This document shows, in pieces, positions 54,883-62,830 of a DNA stretch of 64,000 bases. Source of the stretch: an uncultured Planctomycetales bacterium (GTDB lineage Bacteria > Planctomycetota > UBA1135). The notes below the pieces were generated by a model, which did not search any database, was not told the origin of the DNA, and saw nothing but the letters and a program-made list of their open reading frames with translations. The stretch lies in contig CAYFOM010000019.1 in the NCBI GenBank assembly GCA_964344765.1, positions 17,879 through 81,878 on the forward strand. The letters are read 5' to 3'. Positions within the stretch are counted from its first letter, which is position 1; the number at the start of each line of letters is the position of its first letter. Both the position numbers and the translations under genes were made by a program.

Positions 54883-56514
54883 ATGCCTTCCCTACTTCAA
54901 ATCATCCTCCCCGCCGCCGTCGCCGCAATGTTGGTCGACGGCGCAATTGCGCAGCAAACCACTCGCATTAGCGAATCGACGGCCGGCGTTCAGTCCGACC
55001 GCGCAAGCAACCGCCCCGATATCAACGATAACGCGGCATGGGTTTGCTACGAATCGCAATCCACCAATGTCGTTCCCGACGACACCAACTTCGTGCAGGA
55101 TGTTTTCTTAGTCGATTTGGCGACGGGGACGAATGAACGCATCAGTGTGGCGACCGGTGGCATTCAAGCGAATGGCGAAAGCAAGCGCCCGGTGATTTCC
55201 GGCGACGGCAACTTCGTCACCTTTACCAGCATTGCCAGCAACTTCGATCCGCTGGATTTCAACCTGACCTACGACATTTTTGTCCGCGACATCACGTTGG
55301 GAACCACCACGTTGGTCAGCCGCAGCTTGTCGACCTTGTCCGGCAATGGATTGTCGACGCGCCCATCGATTAGCACTGATGGCAGTTACATCGCCTTCCG
55401 CAGTTTGGCCAGTGATTTGGTGATTGGCGACACCAACATGATCGACGACATCTTCGTTTGGACCTGCGCCACCGGTGCTTTGGAGCGGGTTAGCGTGGGT
55501 GCAGGCGGAGTCGAAGGCAACGCCACCAGCGACCGCCCGAGCATTTCCGGCGACGGCAACTTGGTTGCGTTTTGGAGTGACGCCACCAATCTGGTCGCCA
55601 GCGACCTCAACCTGATGCGCGATGTCTTCGTGCATGACCGCACCACCGGCGTGACCAGCTTGGTCAGCGTCAGCAGCGCCGGCGTACAGGGCAACGGACC
55701 TTCTACACGCCCTGACTTCTCCAATGATGGTCGCTACGTGGTCTTCGCAAGCTCGGCATCGAACTTGGTCACCGGCGACGTCAACGGCGTCAAAGACATC
55801 TTTGTACGCGACCTGCAATTGGGCACCACTGAACTGGTGTCGAAGAGTACCAGCGGCGAGATTGCCGACGACCTTTGCAGTGTGCCGCGCATCTCTGGCG
55901 ACGGCCGCTACGTCACCTTTCGCAGTATCGCCGGCAACTTGGTCGCAGGTGATAGCAACAATGCCGAGGACGTCTTCTTGCACGACCGCCAAACCGGCGT
56001 GACCACGATCCTCAGCCGTTCGACTGCCGGCAACCAAGGCAATGGTCACTCCAGCCGCCCGGCGATTAGCGCCGACGGCCAAGTCACTGTCTTCCAGAGC
56101 TTCGCCACCAACATGATTGCCGGCGACACCAACCTCGAGGAAGACGTCTTCCTCCACGAAGGAACGGGCTGGAGCGGTCCTCCGGTATTCGACTCCATCC
56201 TGCTGACCGGTCCTGCCACCGCACTTTCCGGCACGCAGGCGGTCTTTAGCTGGGAAGGCGCACCGGCCAACTCCACCTACTGGCTGGTTTACAGCTTCAC
56301 GTTGAATGGCATGACGGTTATGGGTCATCCGTTTGAAATTGGTGCGCCGTACACCGTGCTCGACAATGGCGTCTGCACGGCAACGGGCACCGGAAGCTAT
56401 ACCTCTATCCCGCTGCCGCCAGCAGCGATCGGGCTGACCGTGTACCTGGAGTTGGGTGCGCTGGATGCCGGCGCGTTGAGTGATTCCAACGCGATTTCAT
56501 TGACGATCCTTTAG
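54883..56514 (+). CDS. Secreted PD40/TolB-like beta-propeller repeat protein with a distinct C-terminal beta-rich module
   Basis: Signal-like MPSLLQIILPAAVAAMLVDGAIAQ. At least eight ~48-aa repeats of the form RPxISGDGxxVAFxSxAxNLVxGDxNxxxDVFVxDxxTGxTxLVS. Confidence 0.7.
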   Translation: MPSLLQIILPAAVAAMLVDGAIAQQTTRISESTAGVQSDRASNRPDINDNAAWVCYESQSTNVVPDDTNFVQDVFLVDLATGTNERISVATGGIQANGESKRPVISGDGNFVTFTSIASNFDPLDFNLTYDIFVRDITLGTTTLVSRSLSTLSGNGLSTRPSISTDGSYIAFRSLASDLVIGDTNMIDDIFVWTCATGALERVSVGAGGVEGNATSDRPSISGDGNLVAFWSDATNLVASDLNLMRDVFVHDRTTGVTSLVSVSSAGVQGNGPSTRPDFSNDGRYVVFASSASNLVTGDVNGVKDIFVRDLQLGTTELVSKSTSGEIADDLCSVPRISGDGRYVTFRSIAGNLVAGDSNNAEDVFLHDRQTGVTTILSRSTAGNQGNGHSSRPAISADGQVTVFQSFATNMIAGDTNLEEDVFLHEGTGWSGPPVFDSILLTGPATALSGTQAVFSWEGAPANSTYWLVYSFTLNGMTVMGHPFEIGAPYTVLDNGVCTATGTGSYTSIPLPPAAIGLTVYLELGALDAGALSDSNAISLTIL

Positions 56515-56543
56515 GCTAAATTCCAGTGCCCTTGGGCGCGATC

Positions 56544-56582
56544 TCAGCCTGCTAAGCTTCGGCTTCAGCAGGCTGATTTTTT
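56544..56582 (+). terminator. Rho-independent terminator
   Basis: TCAGCCTGCT (56544-56553) pairs with AGCAGGCTGA (56567-56576), followed by T6. Confidence 0.8.
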
Positions 56583-56633
56583 GCCCGGCCGGCTGGATTC
56601 GCAGCGGCCAAGGCCTCTGCTACCATTTGCACC

Positions 56634-58100
56634 ATGTCAGCCGACACCAAGCCCGCCAAAGCCGCCAAGGGCAAGAAGGCCAAAAAGGAGAAATCCACCC
56701 ACCCCTTCCGCGACAACATCGAAGTGATCGTATTTGCGATCGCAATGTCGCTAGGGCTCAAAGTATTTGCCCTCGAGGCTTATCAAATCCCGACTGGCTC
56801 GATGCAGCCGACGCTTATGGGCACCGATTTGCTCGAAAGCGGGCAACCAGTAGGCGGCGTGCACGACCGTGTTTTGGTCGACAAGATCTGCTACATGATT
56901 CGCGAACCCGAGCGCTGGGAGGTCATCGTTTTCCGCTATCCATTGGCGGCGACGAATAACTATGTCAAGCGTTTGCTGGGTTTGCCCGGTGAAGATTTGT
57001 GGGTGCAGAACGGCGATATTTGGACGCGCGCGGGCGGCACCGCCGACGAGTTTGTCATTCAAACCAAACCCGACAACGTGCAGGACTCACTGTGGAAACA
57101 GGCCTATCCAACCGCCGGCCTCAGTGGCATTGAATGGGTCAACTGGAAGCTGATCGGCGTCCCCAAACCCGGCGACGATGGCCTCGCCAAAATGAAGACC
57201 GGCAGCGTGATCTCCTATCCGGCGTTAACGCGCGGAGTCACGAATGAATATCGTCACGGTTACCACGAGGACATTCTCACCAAGATCCCGATCGCGCAAT
57301 CCAGCTTCGGCTCAAATACGCCGGTGTCCGATTTGCGCTTTGAAATGGACGTGACGATGAACGACGGCAGCGGACCGCTAATCGTTGAGGGTGAATTTGG
57401 CCCATACCCGATCAAGCTGACCCTGCTGCCCGGCGGCAATGGTGAGTTGGAATTGCCGGATGGCAGTTTGCGCACCATCGAGTACACGCCCGAAGCCGGC
57501 GAGACGTTCCACTTGGATTTTGCCTTCTGGGATCACCACTATCGCCTGCGATTGGGCAAGGAAGAATGGGCTGAAGACCTGAAGTTGGAATCGCATCCGG
57601 CCGGCCGTAATGGACTGGTGGTGCGAAGCGAAGGATCTTGGACCATTAGCCCGGTGACAATCTCGCGCGACATTCACTACATTCCGTCGATCAGCGGTAC
57701 CGTCGGCCTTTATGAGATTCCGGAAGATCACTACTTCATGATGGGCGATAACACGCAGAATTCGCTGGATTCGCGTGATTGGACGGCGCGGACTTACCGC
57801 TTCGATCCGCCGTGGAATGGGCATTCCATCCTGCGCGGCGACAACCTGCCGAACGGCCACGATCCGCTGTACAACAACCCGCGCCAAAACTCGGATCGCA
57901 CCGTCACCACCTTCCGCGATGAATGGGGCGATCTGCACCAGATCCCGCGCGAGGAATTGCTGCGCGCCAACGCCGACGGAACCGCCGAAGAGATGGCCGC
58001 TCATTTTGTGCCGCGCCGCTACATCCAGGGCAAAGCATTGGCTGTTTTCTTGCCCATCCCGCCGTTTGCACCAGTATGGCGCATTGGCTGGGTGCACTAA
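56634..58100 (+). CDS. lepB: Signal peptidase I (unusually long, 488 aa)
   Basis: IPTGSMQPTL (catalytic Ser box), YVKRLLGLPGEDL (Lys box) and MMGDNTQNSLDSRDW. Confidence 0.85.
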   Translation: MSADTKPAKAAKGKKAKKEKSTHPFRDNIEVIVFAIAMSLGLKVFALEAYQIPTGSMQPTLMGTDLLESGQPVGGVHDRVLVDKICYMIREPERWEVIVFRYPLAATNNYVKRLLGLPGEDLWVQNGDIWTRAGGTADEFVIQTKPDNVQDSLWKQAYPTAGLSGIEWVNWKLIGVPKPGDDGLAKMKTGSVISYPALTRGVTNEYRHGYHEDILTKIPIAQSSFGSNTPVSDLRFEMDVTMNDGSGPLIVEGEFGPYPIKLTLLPGGNGELELPDGSLRTIEYTPEAGETFHLDFAFWDHHYRLRLGKEEWAEDLKLESHPAGRNGLVVRSEGSWTISPVTISRDIHYIPSISGTVGLYEIPEDHYFMMGDNTQNSLDSRDWTARTYRFDPPWNGHSILRGDNLPNGHDPLYNNPRQNSDRTVTTFRDEWGDLHQIPREELLRANADGTAEEMAAHFVPRRYIQGKALAVFLPIPPFAPVWRIGWVH

Positions 58101-58150
58101 GCCCTGGCCTTTGCTCGCCCACGGATAAGGCTTTGTTAAGCTGACCGCGC

Positions 58151-58891
58151 ATGCTGCTTCGCACCGAATCGCTCTGCAAGTCGTACAAAGGACGCAAGGT
58201 CGTCGATCAGGTCAGCTTGCACGTGAATCCGGGCGAGATCGTCGGCCTGCTCGGGCCCAACGGCGCCGGCAAAACCACGACCTTCCGCATGTGCATGGGC
58301 ATGGTCAAGCCGGATTCCGGCCAGATCATGATTCAAAAGCGCGACGCGACCAAGCTGCCGATTTACCGCCGCGCGCATTTGGGGTTGGGTTATTTGGCAC
58401 AGGAGCCGTCGGTGTTCCGCAAGCTGTCGGTGGAAGACAATCTGCTGGCGGTGCTGGAGATCAGCAAAAAGGACAAGGCCGAGCAGAGGCGTCGTGCCGA
58501 TGAGCTGCTCGAGGAGTTCAGCTTGTCGCATTTACGCCAGAGCCGCGGCGAGGTGTTGTCCGGCGGTGAGCGGCGGCGCCTGGAGATTGCCCGCGCGCTG
58601 GCCACCGAACCCAAGCTGATTCTGCTCGACGAGCCGTTTTCCGGCGTTGATCCGGTCGCCGTGGAAGAGATTCAGGGCATTTTGCAGCAGTTGCAACAGC
58701 GCGGAATCGCGATCCTGCTGACCGACCACAACGTGCGCGAAACGCTGTACATCACCGACCGCACCTACATCCTCGCCGAGGGCAAAATCCTCGCCGAGGG
58801 GCGCGCCGAAGAGTTGGCCGCAAACGAAACTGTGCGCAAGGTCTATCTGGGTCAGAGATTCACTTTGGCCGACGGCTCTACCCCTTCCTAG
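58151..58891 (+). CDS. lptB: LPS export ABC transporter ATP-binding protein
   Basis: LLGPNGAGKTTTF, LSGGERRRLEIARAL, ILLDEPFSGVDP and the LptB-type C-terminus VRKVYLGQRF. Confidence 0.9.
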   Translation: MLLRTESLCKSYKGRKVVDQVSLHVNPGEIVGLLGPNGAGKTTTFRMCMGMVKPDSGQIMIQKRDATKLPIYRRAHLGLGYLAQEPSVFRKLSVEDNLLAVLEISKKDKAEQRRRADELLEEFSLSHLRQSRGEVLSGGERRRLEIARALATEPKLILLDEPFSGVDPVAVEEIQGILQQLQQRGIAILLTDHNVRETLYITDRTYILAEGKILAEGRAEELAANETVRKVYLGQRFTLADGSTPS

Positions 58892-58978
58892 CGGGCGGTG
58901 AATTAAGTCATTTCGTCTTCGGCTGGGATGGCATGGCGGCCCTACAATACGCCGTCATTCCCCAGCAAGGAGACTGCT

Positions 58979-59728
58979 GTGAAGATCAGTGTTTGCGTAA
59001 AACGCGTCCCGGCCACGACCACCCGCGTTGTCGTCGGCGACAATAATCGGATCGACCCGAACGGGGTCGAGTTTGTCCTCAACCCCTACGATGAGTTTGC
59101 CGTCGAGCAGGCTCTGCAAGTCAAAGAAGCCGGCGAAGGCACCGTATCCGCTTTCTGTTTCGGCACCAGTGATTCGCAGAAAGAACTGCGCACGGTGCTG
59201 GCCAAAGGCGCCGACGACGTCACGCTGCTACAAAACGACGACGCGCCGCACGCCGATGGCGCCACCACCGCCAAGGTGTTGGCCGACGCGATGCGCGATG
59301 GTGGTTACGACTTGATTTTCTTCGGTAAGCAAGCCGTCGACCGCGACCAGCATGGCGTCGGTCCGGCTGTTGCGACGATGCTTGGTATTCCGTGCATTAC
59401 CGAAGCGATTTCGTTTGAGCTGCAAGGCGACAAGGTCGTGTGCGAGCGCGAAGTGGAAGGTGGTCGCGAGACCGTCGAAGCTCCGCTGCCGTGTGCTGTC
59501 ACTTGCATGAAGGGTTTGAATGAACCGCGCATTGCCAGCTTGAAGGGCATTATGGCCGCCAAGCGCAAGCCGCTGGAAACCGTCGACGTTGCGCTGGATG
59601 GTGCTGCTGTTGAGGTGGTGGAAATGACCATGCCGCCGGAACGTCCGGCCGGTCGCATAGTCGGCGAAGGCGCCGCTGCCGTTCCTGAGTTGGTCGCTGC
59701 GCTGCGCGACGAAGCCAAAGTCCTCTAG
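58979..59728 (+). CDS. etfB: Electron transfer flavoprotein beta subunit
   Basis: GTG 58979 is preceded by AAGGAG (58967-58972). VKISVCVKRVPATTT...LNPYDEFAVEQAL. Confidence 0.9.
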   Translation: MKISVCVKRVPATTTRVVVGDNNRIDPNGVEFVLNPYDEFAVEQALQVKEAGEGTVSAFCFGTSDSQKELRTVLAKGADDVTLLQNDDAPHADGATTAKVLADAMRDGGYDLIFFGKQAVDRDQHGVGPAVATMLGIPCITEAISFELQGDKVVCEREVEGGRETVEAPLPCAVTCMKGLNEPRIASLKGIMAAKRKPLETVDVALDGAAVEVVEMTMPPERPAGRIVGEGAAAVPELVAALRDEAKVL

Positions 59729-59741
59729 CCCCTCGCGAATC

Positions 59742-60698
59742 ATGACTGACGTACTTGTAGTTTTGGAAACCCGCGACGGCGCGCTGCGCCCCGCTTCGTT
59801 GGAAGCTGTTGGTGCCGGCCGCATGGCTGCCGACGCCAGTGGTGGCGGAACCGTTGTTGCTGTTGCCACCGAAAACGCTGACGTGGATGCTGCCGCTTTG
59901 GGCGCTGCCGGTGCCGACAAGGTGCTGGTCGCCGACGCTGGCGCACACTCGCCGGATGGCGCTGCTGCAACCGCCGTTGCTGCCGCGAAAGAATGCGGCG
60001 CTGGTTTGGTGCTGATGGCTGCCACCGTTCGCGGCCGCGACATGCTGGCTCGCGTGGCTGCTGGTTTGGAAACTGGCTTCGCTGCCGACTGCACCGGAAT
60101 GGAATTCGCCGATGGCGGTTTTGTGTTCACCCGTCCGGTTTACGCCGGCAAGGCGATCACCAAGGTCAAGGTCAATGGCGCTGTTGCCTGTGCTTCGATC
60201 CGCGGCAATCACTTCCCGCTAGCGGGTCGTGACGGCGCTGCTGAAATGGGCACCATTGGTGCTGCCGAAGGCAAAGGTGCTGTTACTGGTATCTCGTCGA
60301 AGACCGGGGGTCGTCCCGACGTCGCCGAAGCCTCGCGCGTGGTCGCCGGCGGTCGCGGCATGGGCGCTGAAGACAACTGGAACATGATCGAAGCCGTCGC
60401 CGACGCTCTTCCGGGTGCGGCATTGGGTGCTTCGCGTGCCGTCGTCGATAACGGCTGGCGTCCGCACAGCGAGCAAGTCGGTCAAACCGGCAAGGTGGTT
60501 TCGCCTGAGCTGTACATCGCTGCCGGTATCTCCGGTGCGATTCAGCACTTGGCCGGTATGAACTCGTCGAAGGTGATTGTTGCTGTCAACAAAGACGCTG
60601 ATGCGCCGATCTTCCAGCATGCTTCCTACGGCATCGTTGGCGATGTGAACGAGGTGCTGCCGGTGTTGGCTGAGGAGTTGGCAAAGGTTACCGGCTAA
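59742..60698 (+). CDS. etfA: Electron transfer flavoprotein alpha subunit
   Basis: [19 protein letters not shown] is the ETF-alpha FAD-binding signature. 318 aa. Confidence 0.9.
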   Translation: MTDVLVVLETRDGALRPASLEAVGAGRMAADASGGGTVVAVATENADVDAAALGAAGADKVLVADAGAHSPDGAAATAVAAAKECGAGLVLMAATVRGRDMLARVAAGLETGFAADCTGMEFADGGFVFTRPVYAGKAITKVKVNGAVACASIRGNHFPLAGRDGAAEMGTIGAAEGKGAVTGISSKTGGRPDVAEASRVVAGGRGMGAEDNWNMIEAVADALPGAALGASRAVVDNGWRPHSEQVGQTGKVVSPELYIAAGISGAIQHLAGMNSSKVIVAVNKDADAPIFQHASYGIVGDVNEVLPVLAEELAKVTG

Positions 60699-60750
60699 AG
60701 GCATCGCCCAAACAAGACGGCGGATGGATTCCAGAGATCCATCCGCCGTA
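60534..60750 (+). repeat. Direct repeat copy A: last ~54 codons of intact etfA plus its terminator core
   Basis: 60537-60698 aligns codon for codon with 62600-62761. Over 53 codons plus TAA I count 11 mismatches, all synonymous third-position changes. The hairpin core GGCGGATGGAT is also shared. Confidence 0.85.
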
Positions 60751-60760
60751 AGTTTGTCTT
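60717..60760 (+). terminator. Terminator-like hairpin after etfA
   Basis: ACGGCGGATGGAT (60717-60729) pairs with ATCCATCCGCCGT (60737-60749). The tail AAGTTTGTCTT is only moderately T-rich. Confidence 0.5.
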
Positions 60761-60808
60761 AGCTGTACGGGCAAATTGCTATTAACTTTCCTGAATCAGA
60801 TCACCAAG

Positions 60809-62326
60809 TTATCTGATTGAAATAAAATCAATGGTTCCATTCATGCCGATATCTCCAAACCGAAGTTCAGTGGTGTTAGGTGGAGTGGCAACGTGAAAAT
60901 CAACTGTGAAGCGGTCTCGCTCAGACGCAACATACCAAACCATTGGCGAGCCCGAGACTGCATCGATTCCGTTAAATGTTGAAAGGGTTTCGCATTCCAA
61001 TAACCCAGGATAATCAATGGCGGAAGCAAGAACCGTACATGTATCTGTAACGTGATTACAAAGCATCAAATCACCGTCAGTCTTGTCCAAGAAGACTACA
61101 TAGGATGGCCATTCCACTGATGAAAGTAGCGATATTGCAGCCCCAAATCCCGTTCCCTTGTACTCGGTTGTTATTGCCCAACTCGCATTTCCGCCTGCCA
61201 TGTCGAGCTTAATTTGGAGCAACCAGCCTTCAAAGCTTGTAACGTCGTACCCTGCGACCGCCAATACGCCAGTTGGGAACATCATGGGCAAGGACAAATC
61301 GGTCAACTGGAACCCGGGCAACTCAACTTCAAAGTCTAGCTCTTCAACAATCTCTTGTCCTCCATACATGAATTCAAACTCAATTCTATTCTCCGACGGA
61401 ATCGACCGAATCCTTCCCTCACGACCGATTCCAGGGTAAAAGGCTGGAGATGTAAAGTCAGGGAAAATACTTGGACTAATTGGGTTGCAGGGTCCCTCTA
61501 CTGTTCCGCAGGGGCCACAAGCAGGCTTGGTCCCCTCAGGGCACCGCTTACACCAGTTGCTTGTTGCATATTTGATCAAATGACAGGCTAGCTCTTGAAC
61601 CGTGGTTCCTTGATTGTCGATTTCTAACGAAGGATCGCAAGCTGCAAGCGCACAGAGCCATTCGATTTGGGCGGCATAAGCTCCGCTCTCGACTTCGCAG
61701 ACACTTGAAATACCTGGAGGAGACGAGGGAGGATTCAATGCATGGTGCATTTCATGAATCAGGGTGGAGGCTACATTGATCATCCCCTCAACACCCAACC
61801 CGATCTGGGAATTTAACCACGCACCATTTAGCTGCGTTCCGCTGCCAATCCTCATATTTGTGCATGTGTTACCATTTGAATCAGTAAACTGCCACATTTG
61901 AGTGCCGTCGGATGTTCTGGCGAAGCCTATATGCCGTCCACCATTTTCACGGTCCCTGAGATTTCCTTGAGTTTCCGTACAAAGCTTGGACTTCCAAGCG
62001 TCCAAGAGTTCACTCGCGGTCCTAGTCTCGGATGGTTCTTGTGATTCAGGCTCCCCTGGAAGTGATCCATCAAACCTGGGCAAATCCGGACATTGCTGCT
62101 CAAGGTTGGCCAAAAGCGCTGCTACATCGTCGATAAAATTACTCTGTGCCTGGGTAAGGCCGGTCCCAGTGGAAATGTATCGCGTGGCGATCTCCTCGGA
62201 GGATGTTCCGTCAGTCACAACCTCCGAATGCATAAAGCAATTCCCAGAGAGGGCTGCTGGCGAAGGCGCTATCGGAATCGATAAGGCACCTGCACAAATG
62301 AGGGCACTTATTCCAATGAAGGTCAT
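60809..62326 (-). CDS. Secreted HExxH-motif protein (putative zinc metalloprotease), likely horizontally acquired
   Basis: 505 aa. N-terminal signal MTFIGISALICAGALSIPIAPSPAALS. TLIHEMHHAL carries the HExxH, with CEVESGAYAAQ downstream as a possible third ligand Glu. A Cys-rich segment CKRCPEGTKPACGPCGTVEGPC is present. The protease call is motif level only. Confidence 0.55.
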   Translation of the reverse strand: MTFIGISALICAGALSIPIAPSPAALSGNCFMHSEVVTDGTSSEEIATRYISTGTGLTQAQSNFIDDVAALLANLEQQCPDLPRFDGSLPGEPESQEPSETRTASELLDAWKSKLCTETQGNLRDRENGGRHIGFARTSDGTQMWQFTDSNGNTCTNMRIGSGTQLNGAWLNSQIGLGVEGMINVASTLIHEMHHALNPPSSPPGISSVCEVESGAYAAQIEWLCALAACDPSLEIDNQGTTVQELACHLIKYATSNWCKRCPEGTKPACGPCGTVEGPCNPISPSIFPDFTSPAFYPGIGREGRIRSIPSENRIEFEFMYGGQEIVEELDFEVELPGFQLTDLSLPMMFPTGVLAVAGYDVTSFEGWLLQIKLDMAGGNASWAITTEYKGTGFGAAISLLSSVEWPSYVVFLDKTDGDLMLCNHVTDTCTVLASAIDYPGLLECETLSTFNGIDAVSGSPMVWYVASERDRFTVDFHVATPPNTTELRFGDIGMNGTIDFISIR

Positions 62327-62347
62327 TTCAGCTTTCAGCTTTCAGCT
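62327..62347 (-). repeat. 3 x 7-bp tandem repeat (AAGCTGA on the coding strand) abutting the start codon of the HExxH gene
   Basis: The plus strand reads ttcagct ttcagct ttcagct directly after CAT (62324-62326). Confidence 0.8.
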
Positions 62348-62596
62348 TATGGCTTAGTGTCATAGTCTACTCTGATAATCCAATATTTTTGGGTTAATCA
62401 AGCCCTATTTTGCTGATTCCTCTCGCGATTTTCAGGGTTTCCATGAGCATCATTCACTGCATCCCAAACAAGGATTGAAGGTGGCGGGCGCCGCATTGAG
62501 TTTTGGCAGGAGCTAAAGGAATTGCACCGGCCATACGGTTTGATTGTGCTTTCCCCGTACACCTTAAAGCTTGGATGGGAGCTTGCTAGACTCCCG

Positions 62597-62761
62597 GGTG
62601 CGATTCAGCATTTGGCGGGTATGAACTCGTCGAAGGTGATTGTTGCAGTCAACAAAGACGCTGACGCGCCGATCTTCCAGCATGCTTCCTACGGCATCGT
62701 TGGCGATGTGAACGAGGTTCTGCCGGTGTTGGCGGAAGAGTTGGCTAAGGTGACGGGATAA
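62597..62761 (+). pseudogene. Displaced etfA 3' fragment (direct repeat copy B)
   Basis: It encodes [54 protein letters not shown], identical in protein to the etfA C-terminus. Upstream sequence is unrelated to etfA. Track ORF 62522..62761 fuses it to a non-homologous leader. Confidence 0.8.
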
Positions 62762-62775
62762 ACTATCCCTTCATC

Positions 62776-62822
62776 GAACAGGGCGGATGGATCGCAAGAT
62801 CCAACCGCCCTGTTCTTTTTCC
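62776..62822. terminator. Strong bidirectional terminator (probably the original etfA terminator)
   Basis: GAACAGGGCGGATGGATC-GCAA-GATCCAACCGCCCTGTTC is an 18-bp stem with one mismatch, followed by T5. It sits between the etfA fragment and the convergent FG-GAP gene. Confidence 0.75.
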
Positions 62823-62830
62823 GTCCTAGT

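Larger units (their letters stand above)
60751..62596. other. Low-G+C ~1.85-kb insertion bounded by the two etfA-3' repeats (no mobility gene seen)
   Basis: Spot hand counts give 18/60 G+C for line 60781 and 28/60 for line 61441, against 41/60 for line 60001 inside etfA. The insertion holds a single gene on the opposite strand plus an AT-rich upstream region. Confidence 0.6.

Noticed and set aside
55108-56328. 406-aa minus-strand ORF
   Set aside because: It is antisense to the PD40-repeat gene, whose ~48-aa repeat periodicity and signal peptide make the plus strand the real gene. The antisense product is Ala/Gly/Val/Arg-rich with no motifs.
59228-60212. 300-aa and 220-aa minus-strand ORFs
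   Set aside because: They are antisense to etfB/etfA and Ala/Ser/Thr/Pro-rich. The ETF signatures are on the plus strand.
60751-62596. Search for an integrase, transposase, inverted terminal repeats or a tRNA target in the insertion
   Set aside because: None was found. The only gene is the HExxH protein and the only repeats are the etfA-derived direct repeats. I therefore do not call it a mobile element, only an acquired insertion.
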